NCBI GenBank assembly: GCA_964529245.1
Contig: CAZGUS010000003.1
Location: 1-51,608, forward strand
Reading direction: 5' to 3'
Length of the DNA stretch: 51,608 nt
Source of the DNA: an uncultured Anaerolineaceae bacterium
GTDB taxonomy: Bacteria; Chloroflexota; Limnocylindria; Limnocylindrales; CSP1-4
A program made the position numbers and the translations under genes. Numbering within the stretch: position 1 is the first letter of the stretch; the number at the start of each line of letters is the position of its first letter. Of this stretch, positions 8,402 through 17,828 are shown one piece after another. The notes beneath the pieces were generated by a model. It did no database searches. It worked only from the letters and a program-made list of their open reading frames with translations, and was not told the origin of the DNA.

Positions 8402-9109
8402 ATGTTCTGCACGCAGTGTGGCGCCGCCCTGGCCGGCGAAGCCAGGTTCTGTGTCAGTTGCGGCGCTCCCGTCGGACCGCAGGTGGCACCCGCTCCCAGC
8501 GACTCGACTGCGCCGCCTTTCGTGGCCGCTGCAGCGGCCGGCGGCGCCGCCGAACCGGCCATCTCGCAGACGTTCGTGCTCAACCAGAAGCTGATCTCAC
8601 TGACCGGCGATCTATGGATCGACGAGTCCAACGGGAATCACGCCTTCGAGGTGTCAGGCAAGCTCGTGGCGCTCCGGCGCTCGCTGCTCCTCAAGGACAC
8701 ATCTGGGCGGGAGCTGTACGAGATCAACAAGTCGCTCGCGCACGTCCACACGACCTTCGAGGTCAAACAGGGCGACAAGGTCGTTGCGACGATCCAGAAG
8801 GCCCTGATGGCAATGTTTGGCGAGAAATTCACGATCACGGCGGCCGACGGCGGGCAGATGAAGGTCATCGGCAACTGGGCGGGTCGCGAATTCCACGTCC
8901 AGAAGGACGGCACCGACGTCATCGTCGCCTCGCGCCAGTTCTTCACGATCCACGACGCCTACGGCATCCAGGTCGCACCAGGGTTCGAAGCCCCGTTCGC
9001 CCTGGCGATCGTGGTTGCCCTGGAGCAGATCGAGAAGGAGGAGGGCCACGAGTCGTCGCCGCTCGGCGGCATGCTGGGCGGGGGCCTGGGCGGGCTCTTC
9101 GGCGGCTAG
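8402..9109 (+). CDS. zinc-ribbon fused to a LURP-one-related/YxjI-like (Tubby C-terminal-like fold) domain, with a Gly-rich tail
   Basis: ATG 8402 after AAGAGGTGG. N-terminus MFCTQCGAALAGEARFCVSCGAP (CxxC-x11-CxxC). Then FVLNQKLISLTGDLWIDESNGNHAFEVSGK...YEINKSL...FTITAADGGQMKVIGNWAGREFHVQKDG...FFTIHDAYGIQVAPG. The upstream 280 codons of the track ORF are antisense to the AKR gene. Confidence 0.75.
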   Translation: MFCTQCGAALAGEARFCVSCGAPVGPQVAPAPSDSTAPPFVAAAAAGGAAEPAISQTFVLNQKLISLTGDLWIDESNGNHAFEVSGKLVALRRSLLLKDTSGRELYEINKSLAHVHTTFEVKQGDKVVATIQKALMAMFGEKFTITAADGGQMKVIGNWAGREFHVQKDGTDVIVASRQFFTIHDAYGIQVAPGFEAPFALAIVVALEQIEKEEGHESSPLGGMLGGGLGGLFGG

Positions 9110-9282
9110 GCCGAACCGGAGTTAGCGCGACGTTGACGAGGCCGCCTGGCGGGGCCGGGAGCCGCGGGGTTTGGGCAGGATCGTACGGGCGCCGCCGCCT
9201 TCTGTGTACCACGAGCGTGTAGGATTCGAAGCCGGAGGGGTGGTCGAACTAGTGGGGGTACACGACTCGAGGAGGTGGCTGG

Positions 9283-10224
9283 GTGATGCGCATCGGCAGG
9301 TCTGTTCTGGCCACTGTGGCGGGGCTCGCCCTCATCGTCGCCGGTTGTTCCGGTGGCGGCGCAGCTTCGCCGGCGGCATCCCCGGCGCCATCAACGGCCG
9401 CGCGCGCGACCGCCGCCGTCGCCACACCCACGCCGGCCGATCCGGACGCGCTGTTCGATCTGGCCATCGCGGAGGGGCCTGCATGGAAGTCGTTCCACCT
9501 CGACATTGAAGTCGGCGGCACCGTCACGGCCGCGGCCCTCAAGGCCACCGGCAACCCCAGCTGGGCGAACCTCAAGACCAGCAAGAGTCTCGATGGCTTC
9601 ACGATCGAAGGCGACATGGACCCCGTCCACCTGGCGGCCGACCTCGCCATATCGGTGCCGAACATGACCGCTGCCGGCGGCGCGCCGACAACCGTGACCT
9701 TGATCGTCATAGACCCGCTGCTGTACATCAAGTTGAGTTCGGCGGGGCCCAAGTACCGCGAGACGAAGCTGGGCACGCTCACCGGCGATCTCGGTTATAA
9801 GGTCGCCATTCCGACTCCGGGCGGCTCCTCCCTCGTGGGCATCGCCGACGACGTGTCGAACCTGCGCAAGGCGCTGGAGGCGGCAAAAGTCACGCCCACC
9901 CTCGTGGGCATCGACCAGGTCGGAGGCAGGGACGCCTATCACATCGCCCTGGCGGTGTCGCTCGACACGATCGACGCAGACATAGCCTCCGCGGCGGCTG
10001 CGGTGAAGGAGAAGGCCATGGCGACCTTCCTGCGGCAGGTGAAGATCGACTCGGCTTCGGCCGCCATCTGGATCTACACGGACAGCCACCAGCTCGCCCG
10101 GGTACAGATTGCCGGCACCTCGTCGGAGGTCGGGAGCCTCAGCTTCAACATGACCCTGACCAACTTCGATCAGCCGGTCACAATCACGGCCCCGCCCGCG
10201 AGCGAGATCGCGGCAGGTCGGTAG
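9283..10224 (+). CDS. putative lipoprotein (possibly LolA/LppX-like fold, tentative)
   Basis: GGAGG RBS at 9271. Signal plus lipobox MMRIGRSVLATVAGLALIVAGCSGGG. 313 aa, Ala/Thr-rich mature part. Confidence 0.7.
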   Translation: MMRIGRSVLATVAGLALIVAGCSGGGAASPAASPAPSTAARATAAVATPTPADPDALFDLAIAEGPAWKSFHLDIEVGGTVTAAALKATGNPSWANLKTSKSLDGFTIEGDMDPVHLAADLAISVPNMTAAGGAPTTVTLIVIDPLLYIKLSSAGPKYRETKLGTLTGDLGYKVAIPTPGGSSLVGIADDVSNLRKALEAAKVTPTLVGIDQVGGRDAYHIALAVSLDTIDADIASAAAAVKEKAMATFLRQVKIDSASAAIWIYTDSHQLARVQIAGTSSEVGSLSFNMTLTNFDQPVTITAPPASEIAAGR

Positions 10225-10425
10225 GTCGCCTCCGCGGGCCCACCGGACCCAGGTTCGTGTGCATGGGAGTCGAGACGCCTTCAGCGGCAGTGACAGCCGG
10301 ACCCGTGGCTGAGCCCGGTCGCCCTCGCCGGACATCAATTGCGACGGCGGCGCGGTGTTTGTCCGGCGCCAGGGACACGACCTGGAACCTCGGCGTGCGC
10401 GCGACGGCGGCTCGCTCGACTGGAA

Positions 10426-10454
10426 TTGACGTGCCTCGTCGGCCCGATCACAGT
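10426..10454 (+). promoter_or_regulatory. candidate sigma-70-type promoter upstream of the Kelch lipoprotein gene
   Basis: TTGACG (10426-10431) - 17 nt - CACAGT (10449-10454), about 85 nt upstream of GTG 10538. Sequence match only. Confidence 0.3.
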
Positions 10455-10537
10455 CATCTGTCGCGTGCCGTCTGAGGACGTGGCCTACGCGAGGGGGCGA
10501 AGCCTGCACCAGACGGCGAAGGGAGGGGCTGACAGCA

Positions 10538-11770
10538 GTGAATACAGTCGAGTCTCTACACGACCGACCGCGAATCGGGCGGCTGATGGGCACGGTGTAC
10601 TTGCTCGCGGCGACTGGTCTCATGGGCGGCTGCGCCACGGGCGTGGCCTCCCCCTCGCCGACAACCGGGGCTCTGCCCTCTCCGATGCCGAGCGCATCGA
10701 CGCAGGCCATGCCCTTACCCTCCGCGACGCCGAGGCCCAGCGCCGCCCTAACCGGCACTTTCAACCCGACCGGCTCGATGACCACGCCACGGGCTGGCCA
10801 AACCGACACGCTGCTTGCCGACGGCCGCGTCCTCATCACCGGCGGCGCGGAGGACAACTCGGCCGAGCTATACGACCCGGCGATCGGCACCTTCAGGCCG
10901 ACCGGCTCGATGACCGTGGCGCGGAGTGGCCAAACGGCAACGCTGCTGCAGGACGGCCGTGTTCTCATCGCCGGAGGGCTCGTGCTGAAGGTCCTGGCAT
11001 CGGCCGAGCTCTACGACCCGTCGACCGGCACCTTCAGCCCCACCGGGTCGATGGCGACGGCCCTCGAGAACGCCACCGCGACCTTGCTTCTCGACGGCCG
11101 CGTTCTGATCGTCGGGGGCGATCACGCCATTCCCGGCGGCAACGGCATCGAGGCCGTCGCTTCTGCCGAGTTGTATGACCCAACGACGGGCAAGTTCAGC
11201 CGGACAGGGTCGATGAGCACGCCGCGAGATGGTCAAACCGAAACGCTGCTTCGTGACGGCCGCGTCCTCATCGCCGGCGGCCAGAACCAGACCGGCGAGC
11301 CGCTGTCGACGGCCGAGCTATACGACCCGACGGCCGGGACATTCACGGCCACAGGCTCGATGCCCACCGGTCGCATGCAGCACACCGCCACCCTGCTATC
11401 CGACGGCCGAGTCCTGATCGCTGGCGGTACGGAGGGCAACTCGGCCGAGCTATACGACCCGGCGACCGGCACGTTCCGCTCGACCGGCTCGATGATCACG
11501 GGGCCGAATGGGGGCCAAACCGCGACGTTGCTGCAAGACGGTCGCGTTCTGGTCGCCGGTGGGTACCAGAACGGCTCCAACCTATTCACGGCCGAGCTGT
11601 ACGACCCGGCGACAGGCACCTTTAGCGTCACCGGCTCGATGAGCGTGCCGCGGACATGGCCAACCGCAACGTTGCTCAAGGACGGCCGGGTGCTCGTTGC
11701 CGGCGGCGACGACTCCAACGGGGCGGCGCTCACCACGGCCGAGGTCTACGATCCGATGACAGGCGCATGA
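10538..11770 (+). CDS. seven-bladed Kelch-repeat beta-propeller protein, probable lipoprotein
   Basis: GGGAGG RBS at 10521. Signal LLAATGLMGGCATG. Seven units of the form TGTFxxTGSMxxxRxxxTATLLxDGRVLIAGG...SAELYDP. Confidence 0.8.
   Translation: MNTVESLHDRPRIGRLMGTVYLLAATGLMGGCATGVASPSPTTGALPSPMPSASTQAMPLPSATPRPSAALTGTFNPTGSMTTPRAGQTDTLLADGRVLITGGAEDNSAELYDPAIGTFRPTGSMTVARSGQTATLLQDGRVLIAGGLVLKVLASAELYDPSTGTFSPTGSMATALENATATLLLDGRVLIVGGDHAIPGGNGIEAVASAELYDPTTGKFSRTGSMSTPRDGQTETLLRDGRVLIAGGQNQTGEPLSTAELYDPTAGTFTATGSMPTGRMQHTATLLSDGRVLIAGGTEGNSAELYDPATGTFRSTGSMITGPNGGQTATLLQDGRVLVAGGYQNGSNLFTAELYDPATGTFSVTGSMSVPRTWPTATLLKDGRVLVAGGDDSNGAALTTAEVYDPMTGA
10751..11767 (+). repeat. seven in-frame tandem Kelch-blade coding repeats (about 132-162 bp each)
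   Basis: Recurring ...GCCGAGCTATACGACCCG...ACCGGCTCGATG...GACGGCCGCGTCCTCATCGCCGGCGG... at DNA level, and TGSM/DGRVLIAGG/AELYDP at protein level. Confidence 0.85.
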
Positions 11771-11966
11771 GCCCGACCGACGCGTGAGCACGTATCAGGC
11801 ATGGTGCCACCCGCTCACCCCTGCCCATCCGAAAGCGTCATGCTCCCCGACTCCAGCATCGATGGGGTGCCGAGGATAGCCGGTCGAAAACCCCGGCCGC
11901 GGGCCCGACGGCGGCCTTCATTCTGGGAATTGCCGTACCATCCGGGGCCCGGAGGTCTGCGAGTCC

Positions 11967-13145
11967 GTGCGTTTGCCATTCGGCGTCCATGTCCCGTCGC
12001 TGTTCAAGACTCCAACCGGAGCCGCGCTGCTGTCTTTCTTGATGCCCGGCCTCGGGCAGGCATCGGCGGGGTCTCGGGTTCGCGGCGCGATCATCGCGAT
12101 CCCAGCACTGGCGTTCCTGGGCCTTGTCGCGCTGGTCCTCGTCTACGATCGCGGCTTGCTTTCCGGTGCGCCCCAAGACCAGAGGTGGGTGACGAGCCTT
12201 CTGGCTCTGGACGCGACTTTGTTCGTCTACCGCATGTGGGCCGTCCTCGACGCATGCCTGCTGGCCGCCCGGAGGAGGCGACCCGACACGTTCCAGATCG
12301 TCGGACCGCCGAACAAATGGCTTGTCGGCGTAGGCGTCGGCGTCCTTCTGGTGGGCATCGTCGGGGTTCACGCGGCGGTGGCCGAAGTCGACCTGACCTG
12401 GCAGCATGCTCTCGACTGCAAGACCGGAGCGGCGCCGTGCTGGTTCGACATCTCCTACCCACAGTGCGGCCGCCCCTTCCCCGGCGACGCCGAGTTCGGG
12501 ATCGTGGGCGTCAACCACGGGATCGATTTCAGCGCCAACGCGTGCCTGGGCGCGGGCGACGCCCCCTCCGAGCTCACGTGGGCGGGAATCAAGGGCCAGC
12601 TCTACGCCAACACCGGTGACCCCGGATCCGCGCTTTCCTCGCGCTGGCCGACGTCGCAAACGACCCCGCGCCAGTGCAACACGTCACCGGTGCCGGGACC
12701 GGATACTGCGGATTGCGCCTACGACTACGGCTGGAACGCGGCCGCCGATGCCTACAAGACGGCGGCCGGCGCCTATGTCTCGCTGGGCCTGGCTTCACCG
12801 GGCGCGACCGATACGCCGTCCCCGAAGGTGTGGTGGCTCGACGTCGAGATCAACAACAGCTGGCAGACGGACGTCACCCTCAACGTGGCCGATCTGGAGG
12901 GCGCGGTGGCGTATCTCCAATCGACGAACCCGGCCGGCATCGGTTTCTATTCGACTCAATATCAGTGGCACCAGATCACCGGCGGCACGCTCGTCTTCTC
13001 GGCTTATCCGAGCTGGGTGGCCGGTGCCGGATCCGCGCCGCAGGCGGTAGCCGACTGCAGCCCGATGGGCTTCACCGGCGGCCGCGTCGCGATGGTCCAG
13101 TATCACGCCGGCGACTTCGACGCGGACTACCTCTGCCCCCGGTAG
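11967..13145 (+). CDS. membrane-anchored glycoside-hydrolase-like protein (GH25/DUF1906 TIM-barrel superfamily, tentative)
   Basis: N-terminal TM region LSFLMPGLGQASAGSRVRGAIIAIPALAFLGLVALVLV plus two more helices. C-terminal FDISYPQCG...FGIVGVNHG...VWWLDVEINNSW...GIGFYSTQYQWHQITGG resembles GH25/Rv2525c-like domains. Confidence 0.65.
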   Translation: MRLPFGVHVPSLFKTPTGAALLSFLMPGLGQASAGSRVRGAIIAIPALAFLGLVALVLVYDRGLLSGAPQDQRWVTSLLALDATLFVYRMWAVLDACLLAARRRRPDTFQIVGPPNKWLVGVGVGVLLVGIVGVHAAVAEVDLTWQHALDCKTGAAPCWFDISYPQCGRPFPGDAEFGIVGVNHGIDFSANACLGAGDAPSELTWAGIKGQLYANTGDPGSALSSRWPTSQTTPRQCNTSPVPGPDTADCAYDYGWNAAADAYKTAAGAYVSLGLASPGATDTPSPKVWWLDVEINNSWQTDVTLNVADLEGAVAYLQSTNPAGIGFYSTQYQWHQITGGTLVFSAYPSWVAGAGSAPQAVADCSPMGFTGGRVAMVQYHAGDFDADYLCPR

Positions 13146-13701
13146 CGAGGACGTCGCGCCGCTCATCCAGGTCTCGCCCGGCGATTCCCGCACCGAGGCA
13201 ACTGTTGAAGAACCTAAATGGCGCGCCTAGGATGGCCCTCCCAGTTGCCCGGAAGGCACTTTGGGCGATCTCGAAAAGAGTCGTCCGGAAAGGCAGATGG
13301 CGATCTCAATGCAGATCGGCATCGGATCGGTCGCACGCAACCGCCGCGGGCAGGACCCCTGCCCGGCCCAGGTACGAGCAATGGCCCTCTGGCCGAGGCT
13401 CGATCGACGCTCGCTGTCGCGCTGTGGCTGCGATCCCTCTCGCATCGCCAACTACGTCTCGCATCGGACAAGAATGCCCGCCACCGCGATCGAGGCGCTC
13501 ATCAGTGAGTCGCCAAACGTCGAAACGAGCGCGGAGCGCCACGCCGTCGAGGAGACGCGACGCCCCTGAGTCGGGCCGCCGGCGCGAGTTGACGGCCGAA
13601 GGCCCGGACCGAGGCGGTCGCCGCAACGGCGATTGACGCGGGGCGGAAGGCTCTGCAAGACTCGGCGCCTGGCGACTGCTATCAACCACAACCGGTGCCA
13701 C

Positions 13702-14652
13702 GTGAGCGATCGACTGCGGGACGCGTCCGAGACGGTCCTCGTCTGCCTGCCCGACGGACCCGAACGGGACAACCTCGGCGAACTGCCTTCGAACGTCGAA
13801 GTCGTCCTCCTCACCCGAGAGTCCGCCCGGCTGCCGGACCTCGGCCGCGTGCAGTTCCTGGTCCCGGCCGACTGGGCGAGACAGCCCGTGCTCGCCGAGC
13901 TGGGCGCCATGAAGCGGCTGCAGGTAATCCAGACGACAAGCGCCGGCGTCGATTGGCTGCGCGGGCGCGTGCCCGAGGGCGTGGTCGTGTGCAACGCTCG
14001 GGGCGTCTACGACGGACCGATGGCGGAGTGGGTCGTCGGCGCGATCCTGGCGATGCAGCGAGGCCTGATCGGCGCCCGCGACGGACAGCTGGCGAAGGAG
14101 TGGCGAGCCCTGGAGACGGACGAGCTCGGCGGCCGTCGGGTCGTCATCCTCGGCTTCGGGTCCATCGGGGTGGCTGTGGCCGAGCGGCTGCGGCCCTTCG
14201 GCGTGGAGATCGTCGGCGTGGGCAGGACCCGACGGGACGGCGTCCTCGGGCTCGACGACCTGGACAAGGTGCTCCCCACGGCGGACATCCTGATCGATCT
14301 GCTGCCGCTAACGTCCGAAACGGCCGGCCTCCTGGACGCCCGCCGCCTCGGGTTGCTACCCGCCGGGGCGCTCCTGGTGAATGCCGGGCGCGGCTCGACG
14401 GTGGACACCCCGGCCCTGGCCGATGCCGTTCAGAGGGGCCGACTGCGGGCTGCCCTGGACGTCACCGATCCCGAGCCGCTCCCGCCGGACCACCCGCTGT
14501 GGCGGCTTCCCGGTGTCCTGATCACCCCGCACGTTGGCGGCGACTCGCGCCGATCGCCGGCCCGTGCGTATGCCCTGGTCGGCGACCAGATCCGGCGGTT
14601 CGCGGGCGGCGAGACGCTCGAGAACCAGGTGCCGCCCCATCTCCTGCGGTGA
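13702..14652 (+). CDS. NAD-dependent D-isomer-specific 2-hydroxyacid dehydrogenase
   Basis: Rossmann motif GRRVVILGFGSIGVAVAERLRPFGVEIVG. Catalytic region LLVNAGRGSTVD...AALDVTDPEPLP...HPLW...VLITPHVGG. GTG at 13702 preferred over TTG at 13633. Confidence 0.85.
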   Translation: MSDRLRDASETVLVCLPDGPERDNLGELPSNVEVVLLTRESARLPDLGRVQFLVPADWARQPVLAELGAMKRLQVIQTTSAGVDWLRGRVPEGVVVCNARGVYDGPMAEWVVGAILAMQRGLIGARDGQLAKEWRALETDELGGRRVVILGFGSIGVAVAERLRPFGVEIVGVGRTRRDGVLGLDDLDKVLPTADILIDLLPLTSETAGLLDARRLGLLPAGALLVNAGRGSTVDTPALADAVQRGRLRAALDVTDPEPLPPDHPLWRLPGVLITPHVGGDSRRSPARAYALVGDQIRRFAGGETLENQVPPHLLR

Positions 14653-14770
14653 CGGTCGGCCCGACCCCGCCGCCGGCAATCGGCCAGAATGCGATACGAC
14701 GTCGGCCGTCGGCACGACCGACGACATCGACTCGAACTGTGCCCATCGCCCCTGCCGCTCGGAGTGAGAC

Positions 14771-16069
14771 GTGTCCGTCCGCGGATCCGCCGCGCAATCG
14801 ATAGGGAACCGCCTGGGGCTCCTGCGCCAGGTCGACTTCCGGCGCCTCTGGGTCGGCGAGACGATCAGTCAATTCGGGTCGCAGGTGAGCATGCTGGCGA
14901 TCCCATACATCGCCACGGTCCTGCTCAAGGCCACCGCCTTCGAGGTGGCCCTGCTCGGAGCCATCGAGTTCCTGCCGTTTCTTCTGTTCACGCTCCCCGC
15001 CGGCGCCTGGGTGGACAGGATGCGGCGCCGCCCGATCCTTATCTCCGGCGACCTGGTGCGGCTGGTCGCGCTCGGCACGATCCCGTTCGCCTGGGGGCTC
15101 GGAGAGCTGACGATCTGGCAGCTCTACGTGGTGGCGTTCGTGACCGGGATCGCGACCGTCTTCTTCGACGTCGCCTACCAGTCGTACCTGCCCGCGCTCG
15201 TGAGCCGCGACTCGCTCGTCGAGGGCAACGCCAAGCTCCAGGCGAGCGAGGCCGCCGCGCAGGTCGTCGGGCCGGGGCTCGGTGGAGGGCTGATCAGCGT
15301 CGTCGGAGCGCCGTTCGCGATCATCGCCGACGCGCTCAGCTACTTCGCCTCGGCCGTCTTCGTGGCGCTCATCAGACGCCCGGAACCGCACCCCGAGGCG
15401 GACCGGCTCGCGGCCGGCCTGGCTCGAGAGCCGCTGCGGCGCCAGATCGCCGAGGGGCTCCGCTTCGTGCTCCACAACCCGAACCTGCGGGCGATCGCCG
15501 CGGCGACCTCGTCGTCGAACCTCTTCAGCAACGTGGTCTACGCGATCATGCCGATCTACCTCTACCGAGAGCTCGGGCTGAGCGCCGCGACCGTGGGCGT
15601 GATCTTCGGAATCGGATCGCTCGGGGCTCTGGGCGGGGCGATGGCCGCCAACCAGATCGCCGCCCGCATTGGCCTCGGGCGGACGATCATCGGCTCGATC
15701 GCGTTGGGCGGGCCGGCCATGCTGCTGCTGCCGTTCGCGCCGCACGACTCGCCGGTCGTATGGCTCGTGGCGTCGGTCGCCATCGGGAGCTTCGGCTCCG
15801 TCGTCTACAACGTCAACCAGGTGAGCTTCCGCCAGGCCATAAGCCCGACCGCCATCCAGGGCAGGATGAACGCCACGATGCGCTTCATCGTGTGGGGCAC
15901 GATCCCGCTGGGCTCGATCGTCGGCGGTGTGCTCGGCACGGTCGTGGGCGTGCATTCGGCCATCTGGATCGGCGCTTTCGGATCCTGCCTGCCGTTCCTG
16001 TGGGTGCTGTTCTCGCCGGTGCGGTCGCTGCGCACCATGCCGGAGCCGCTCGCCGACGCCGCCGGCTGA
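14771..16069 (+). CDS. MFS transporter (EntS/MFS_3-like)
   Basis: 432 aa, about 12 TM helices. N-terminus FRRLWVGETISQFGSQVSMLAIPYIA and loop PAGAWVDRMRRRP are typical. GGAG RBS 7 nt upstream of GTG. Confidence 0.85.
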   Translation: MSVRGSAAQSIGNRLGLLRQVDFRRLWVGETISQFGSQVSMLAIPYIATVLLKATAFEVALLGAIEFLPFLLFTLPAGAWVDRMRRRPILISGDLVRLVALGTIPFAWGLGELTIWQLYVVAFVTGIATVFFDVAYQSYLPALVSRDSLVEGNAKLQASEAAAQVVGPGLGGGLISVVGAPFAIIADALSYFASAVFVALIRRPEPHPEADRLAAGLAREPLRRQIAEGLRFVLHNPNLRAIAAATSSSNLFSNVVYAIMPIYLYRELGLSAATVGVIFGIGSLGALGGAMAANQIAARIGLGRTIIGSIALGGPAMLLLPFAPHDSPVVWLVASVAIGSFGSVVYNVNQVSFRQAISPTAIQGRMNATMRFIVWGTIPLGSIVGGVLGTVVGVHSAIWIGAFGSCLPFLWVLFSPVRSLRTMPEPLADAAG

Positions 16070-16108
16070 GTCCGAGTGCGTGCCTCTGGTCAGACGCGCG
16101 GTTCTTCT

Positions 16109-16468
16109 CTAGCCGCGGAAGTCGGGCCGGTCGAGCACTCGCAGCCAGGTACCGTCCGGCTGGCGCCGCACGACCTGGGCTCTGGCGCCGGCCTCGTCGA
16201 GCGCCGGGGTCGCCGTCAGCGCCAGGTCGCCCACATGGAGAGTGGGCAGCGGCCGCTCCTGGCGGAAAGTCGGCCTGGCCGCGAGCATCTTCTCGTAGAG
16301 AGCCTGGATCGCCGCTCGTCCCACCGTCGCCTGCCCGGGCGGGAAGGCCACCACCGCATCGGGCTCGTAGAGACCGGCCAACCCCTCCGCGTCCCCGGCA
16401 TTCCCGAGTTCGACGAAGAGCCGGGTGAGGTCCTCCGGGCTGGTTGCTCGCTCACGTTCTGTAGTCAT
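16109..16468 (-). CDS. NTF2-fold SnoaL/DUF4440-like protein
   Basis: 119 aa: LFVELGNAGDAEGLAGLYEPDAVVAFPPGQATVGRAAIQALYEKM...RRQPDGTWL. Start overlaps the pirin stop by 4 bp (ATGA). Confidence 0.7.
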   Translation of the reverse strand: MTTERERATSPEDLTRLFVELGNAGDAEGLAGLYEPDAVVAFPPGQATVGRAAIQALYEKMLAARPTFRQERPLPTLHVGDLALTATPALDEAGARAQVVRRQPDGTWLRVLDRPDFRG

Positions 16469-17514
16469 CGCGTTGCCTCGTCTTCCTTGCCGGTGCCGGC
16501 GAGATCGCCGTCCCCGTGCCGCCCGGATTCGACGATCGTCGTCGGCGCATTGTGGACGGCGGTGGTGGCGGGGATCGTGCCGAGGCGGCCGGCCTGGTAG
16601 TCGGCCATGGCCGCCATGATCTCCTCGCGCGTGTTCATCACGAACGGCCCCATCCAGGCGACCGGTTCGCGGATGGGGCGGCCGCCCAGAATCAGGATGT
16701 CGAGATTCGGGCTCCGGCTTTCCTGCATGGGGAGCGCGGAGACGGTGATCGCGTCACCGGGTCCGAAGAGCGCGAGCTGGCCGGTCTGGATCGGCCGCGC
16801 CTCCACTCCGACCGTGCCGTGCCCGGCCATGTCGTAGACGAGCGCGTTGTAGTCGGCCCGCCACGGCAGCGACAGGCGCGCGCCCGGACTCAGGGTCGCG
16901 TGGACCAGCGTCATCGGCGTGTAGGTGGAGCCGGGCCCCAAATGACCGGCGACCTCGCCGGCGATGATCCGGACGAGGACGCCGCCGTCGGGCGAGGACG
17001 CGAGCGCGACTTCGCTCGCCCGCAGGTCCTGGTAGCGGGGCGGAGACCATTTCTGCGCCGCCGGCAGGTTCACCCACAGCTGGAATCCGTGGAACAGGCC
17101 GCCGCTCGTGACGAGCCATTCGGGCGGCTTCTCGATGTGGAGAATGCCGGCGCCGGCGGTCATCCATTGCGTGTCGCCGTTCGTAATCACGCCCCCGCCG
17201 CCGTTGGAATCGTTGTGCTCGAAGGTCCCGTCGATCATATAGGTCACGGTCTCGAAGCCGCGGTGCGGGTGCCAGGGGGTGCCTTTCGGCTCCCCGGGCG
17301 CGTACTCGACCTCGCCCATCTGGTCGAGGTGGACGAACGGATCGAGGTCGGCGAGGTCGACGCCGGCGAAAGCCCGCCGCACCGGGAAGCCCTCCCCTTC
17401 GAGCCCGTGCGGCGCGGTCGTCAGGCTGCGCACGGGACGCATCCGGGTTGCGGTTGGGTCGGGCTCCGGGATCCGGGGCAGGACGGTGATGTCCGGGACG
17501 GTGATGGCGGGCAT
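16465..17514 (-). CDS. pirin family (bicupin) protein
   Basis: From ATG 17514: GFPVRRAF...DPFVHLDQMG...PWHPHRGFETVTYMIDGTFEHNDSNG...GDTQWMTAGAGILHIE. The upstream 78 codons of the track ORF are Arg/Pro-rich and discarded. Confidence 0.85.
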   Translation of the reverse strand: MPAITVPDITVLPRIPEPDPTATRMRPVRSLTTAPHGLEGEGFPVRRAFAGVDLADLDPFVHLDQMGEVEYAPGEPKGTPWHPHRGFETVTYMIDGTFEHNDSNGGGGVITNGDTQWMTAGAGILHIEKPPEWLVTSGGLFHGFQLWVNLPAAQKWSPPRYQDLRASEVALASSPDGGVLVRIIAGEVAGHLGPGSTYTPMTLVHATLSPGARLSLPWRADYNALVYDMAGHGTVGVEARPIQTGQLALFGPGDAITVSALPMQESRSPNLDILILGGRPIREPVAWMGPFVMNTREEIMAAMADYQAGRLGTIPATTAVHNAPTTIVESGRHGDGDLAGTGKEDEATR

Positions 17515-17828
17515 TGGTTCGATCCTCGTTTGGCCGGGTGCCAGACGCATCGGAGCGCGCGGCAGAACGATCATGGGCTCCGACCGGCGCGCCGGTGCTC
17601 GGCGAACCGGCCGGGAACCGCCTGGTGATGCCGAGCCCGCCGGTGCTACCGGATGTAGCCGGGTGGCAGCCCACGGGGGCGGTCGACGATCGGGCCGCAG
17701 GCGCCTATCGCCCGTCGTTCGGGCGACCGTCGCCGCGTTCCCGGCCACCGTGGCGGCAGGCCGGCCTGTAGCATCACCCCTGCGTCCGTGTCGTGCCCGT
17801 CGAGGCTCACCAAGAGAGGCGGTTGGAA

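Noticed and set aside
9391-10968. 525-aa minus-strand ORF
   Set aside because: It is antisense to the lipoprotein and Kelch genes, spans their intergenic region, and has Arg/Gly-rich composition with no family signature.
10751-11767. Regular DNA periodicity checked as a possible CRISPR or non-coding array (also 42143-43351 and 46849-46940)
   Set aside because: All the periodic stretches are in-frame coding repeats (Kelch blades, 135-aa modules, PT linker) with variable unit length or no spacer/repeat alternation. No cas genes are present.
14522-16428. 477-aa minus-strand and 579-aa plus-strand ORFs overlapping the MFS transporter
   Set aside because: These are alternative or antisense frames of a clear 12-TM MFS gene, with an extreme Arg/Asp/Gly or Arg/Pro composition.
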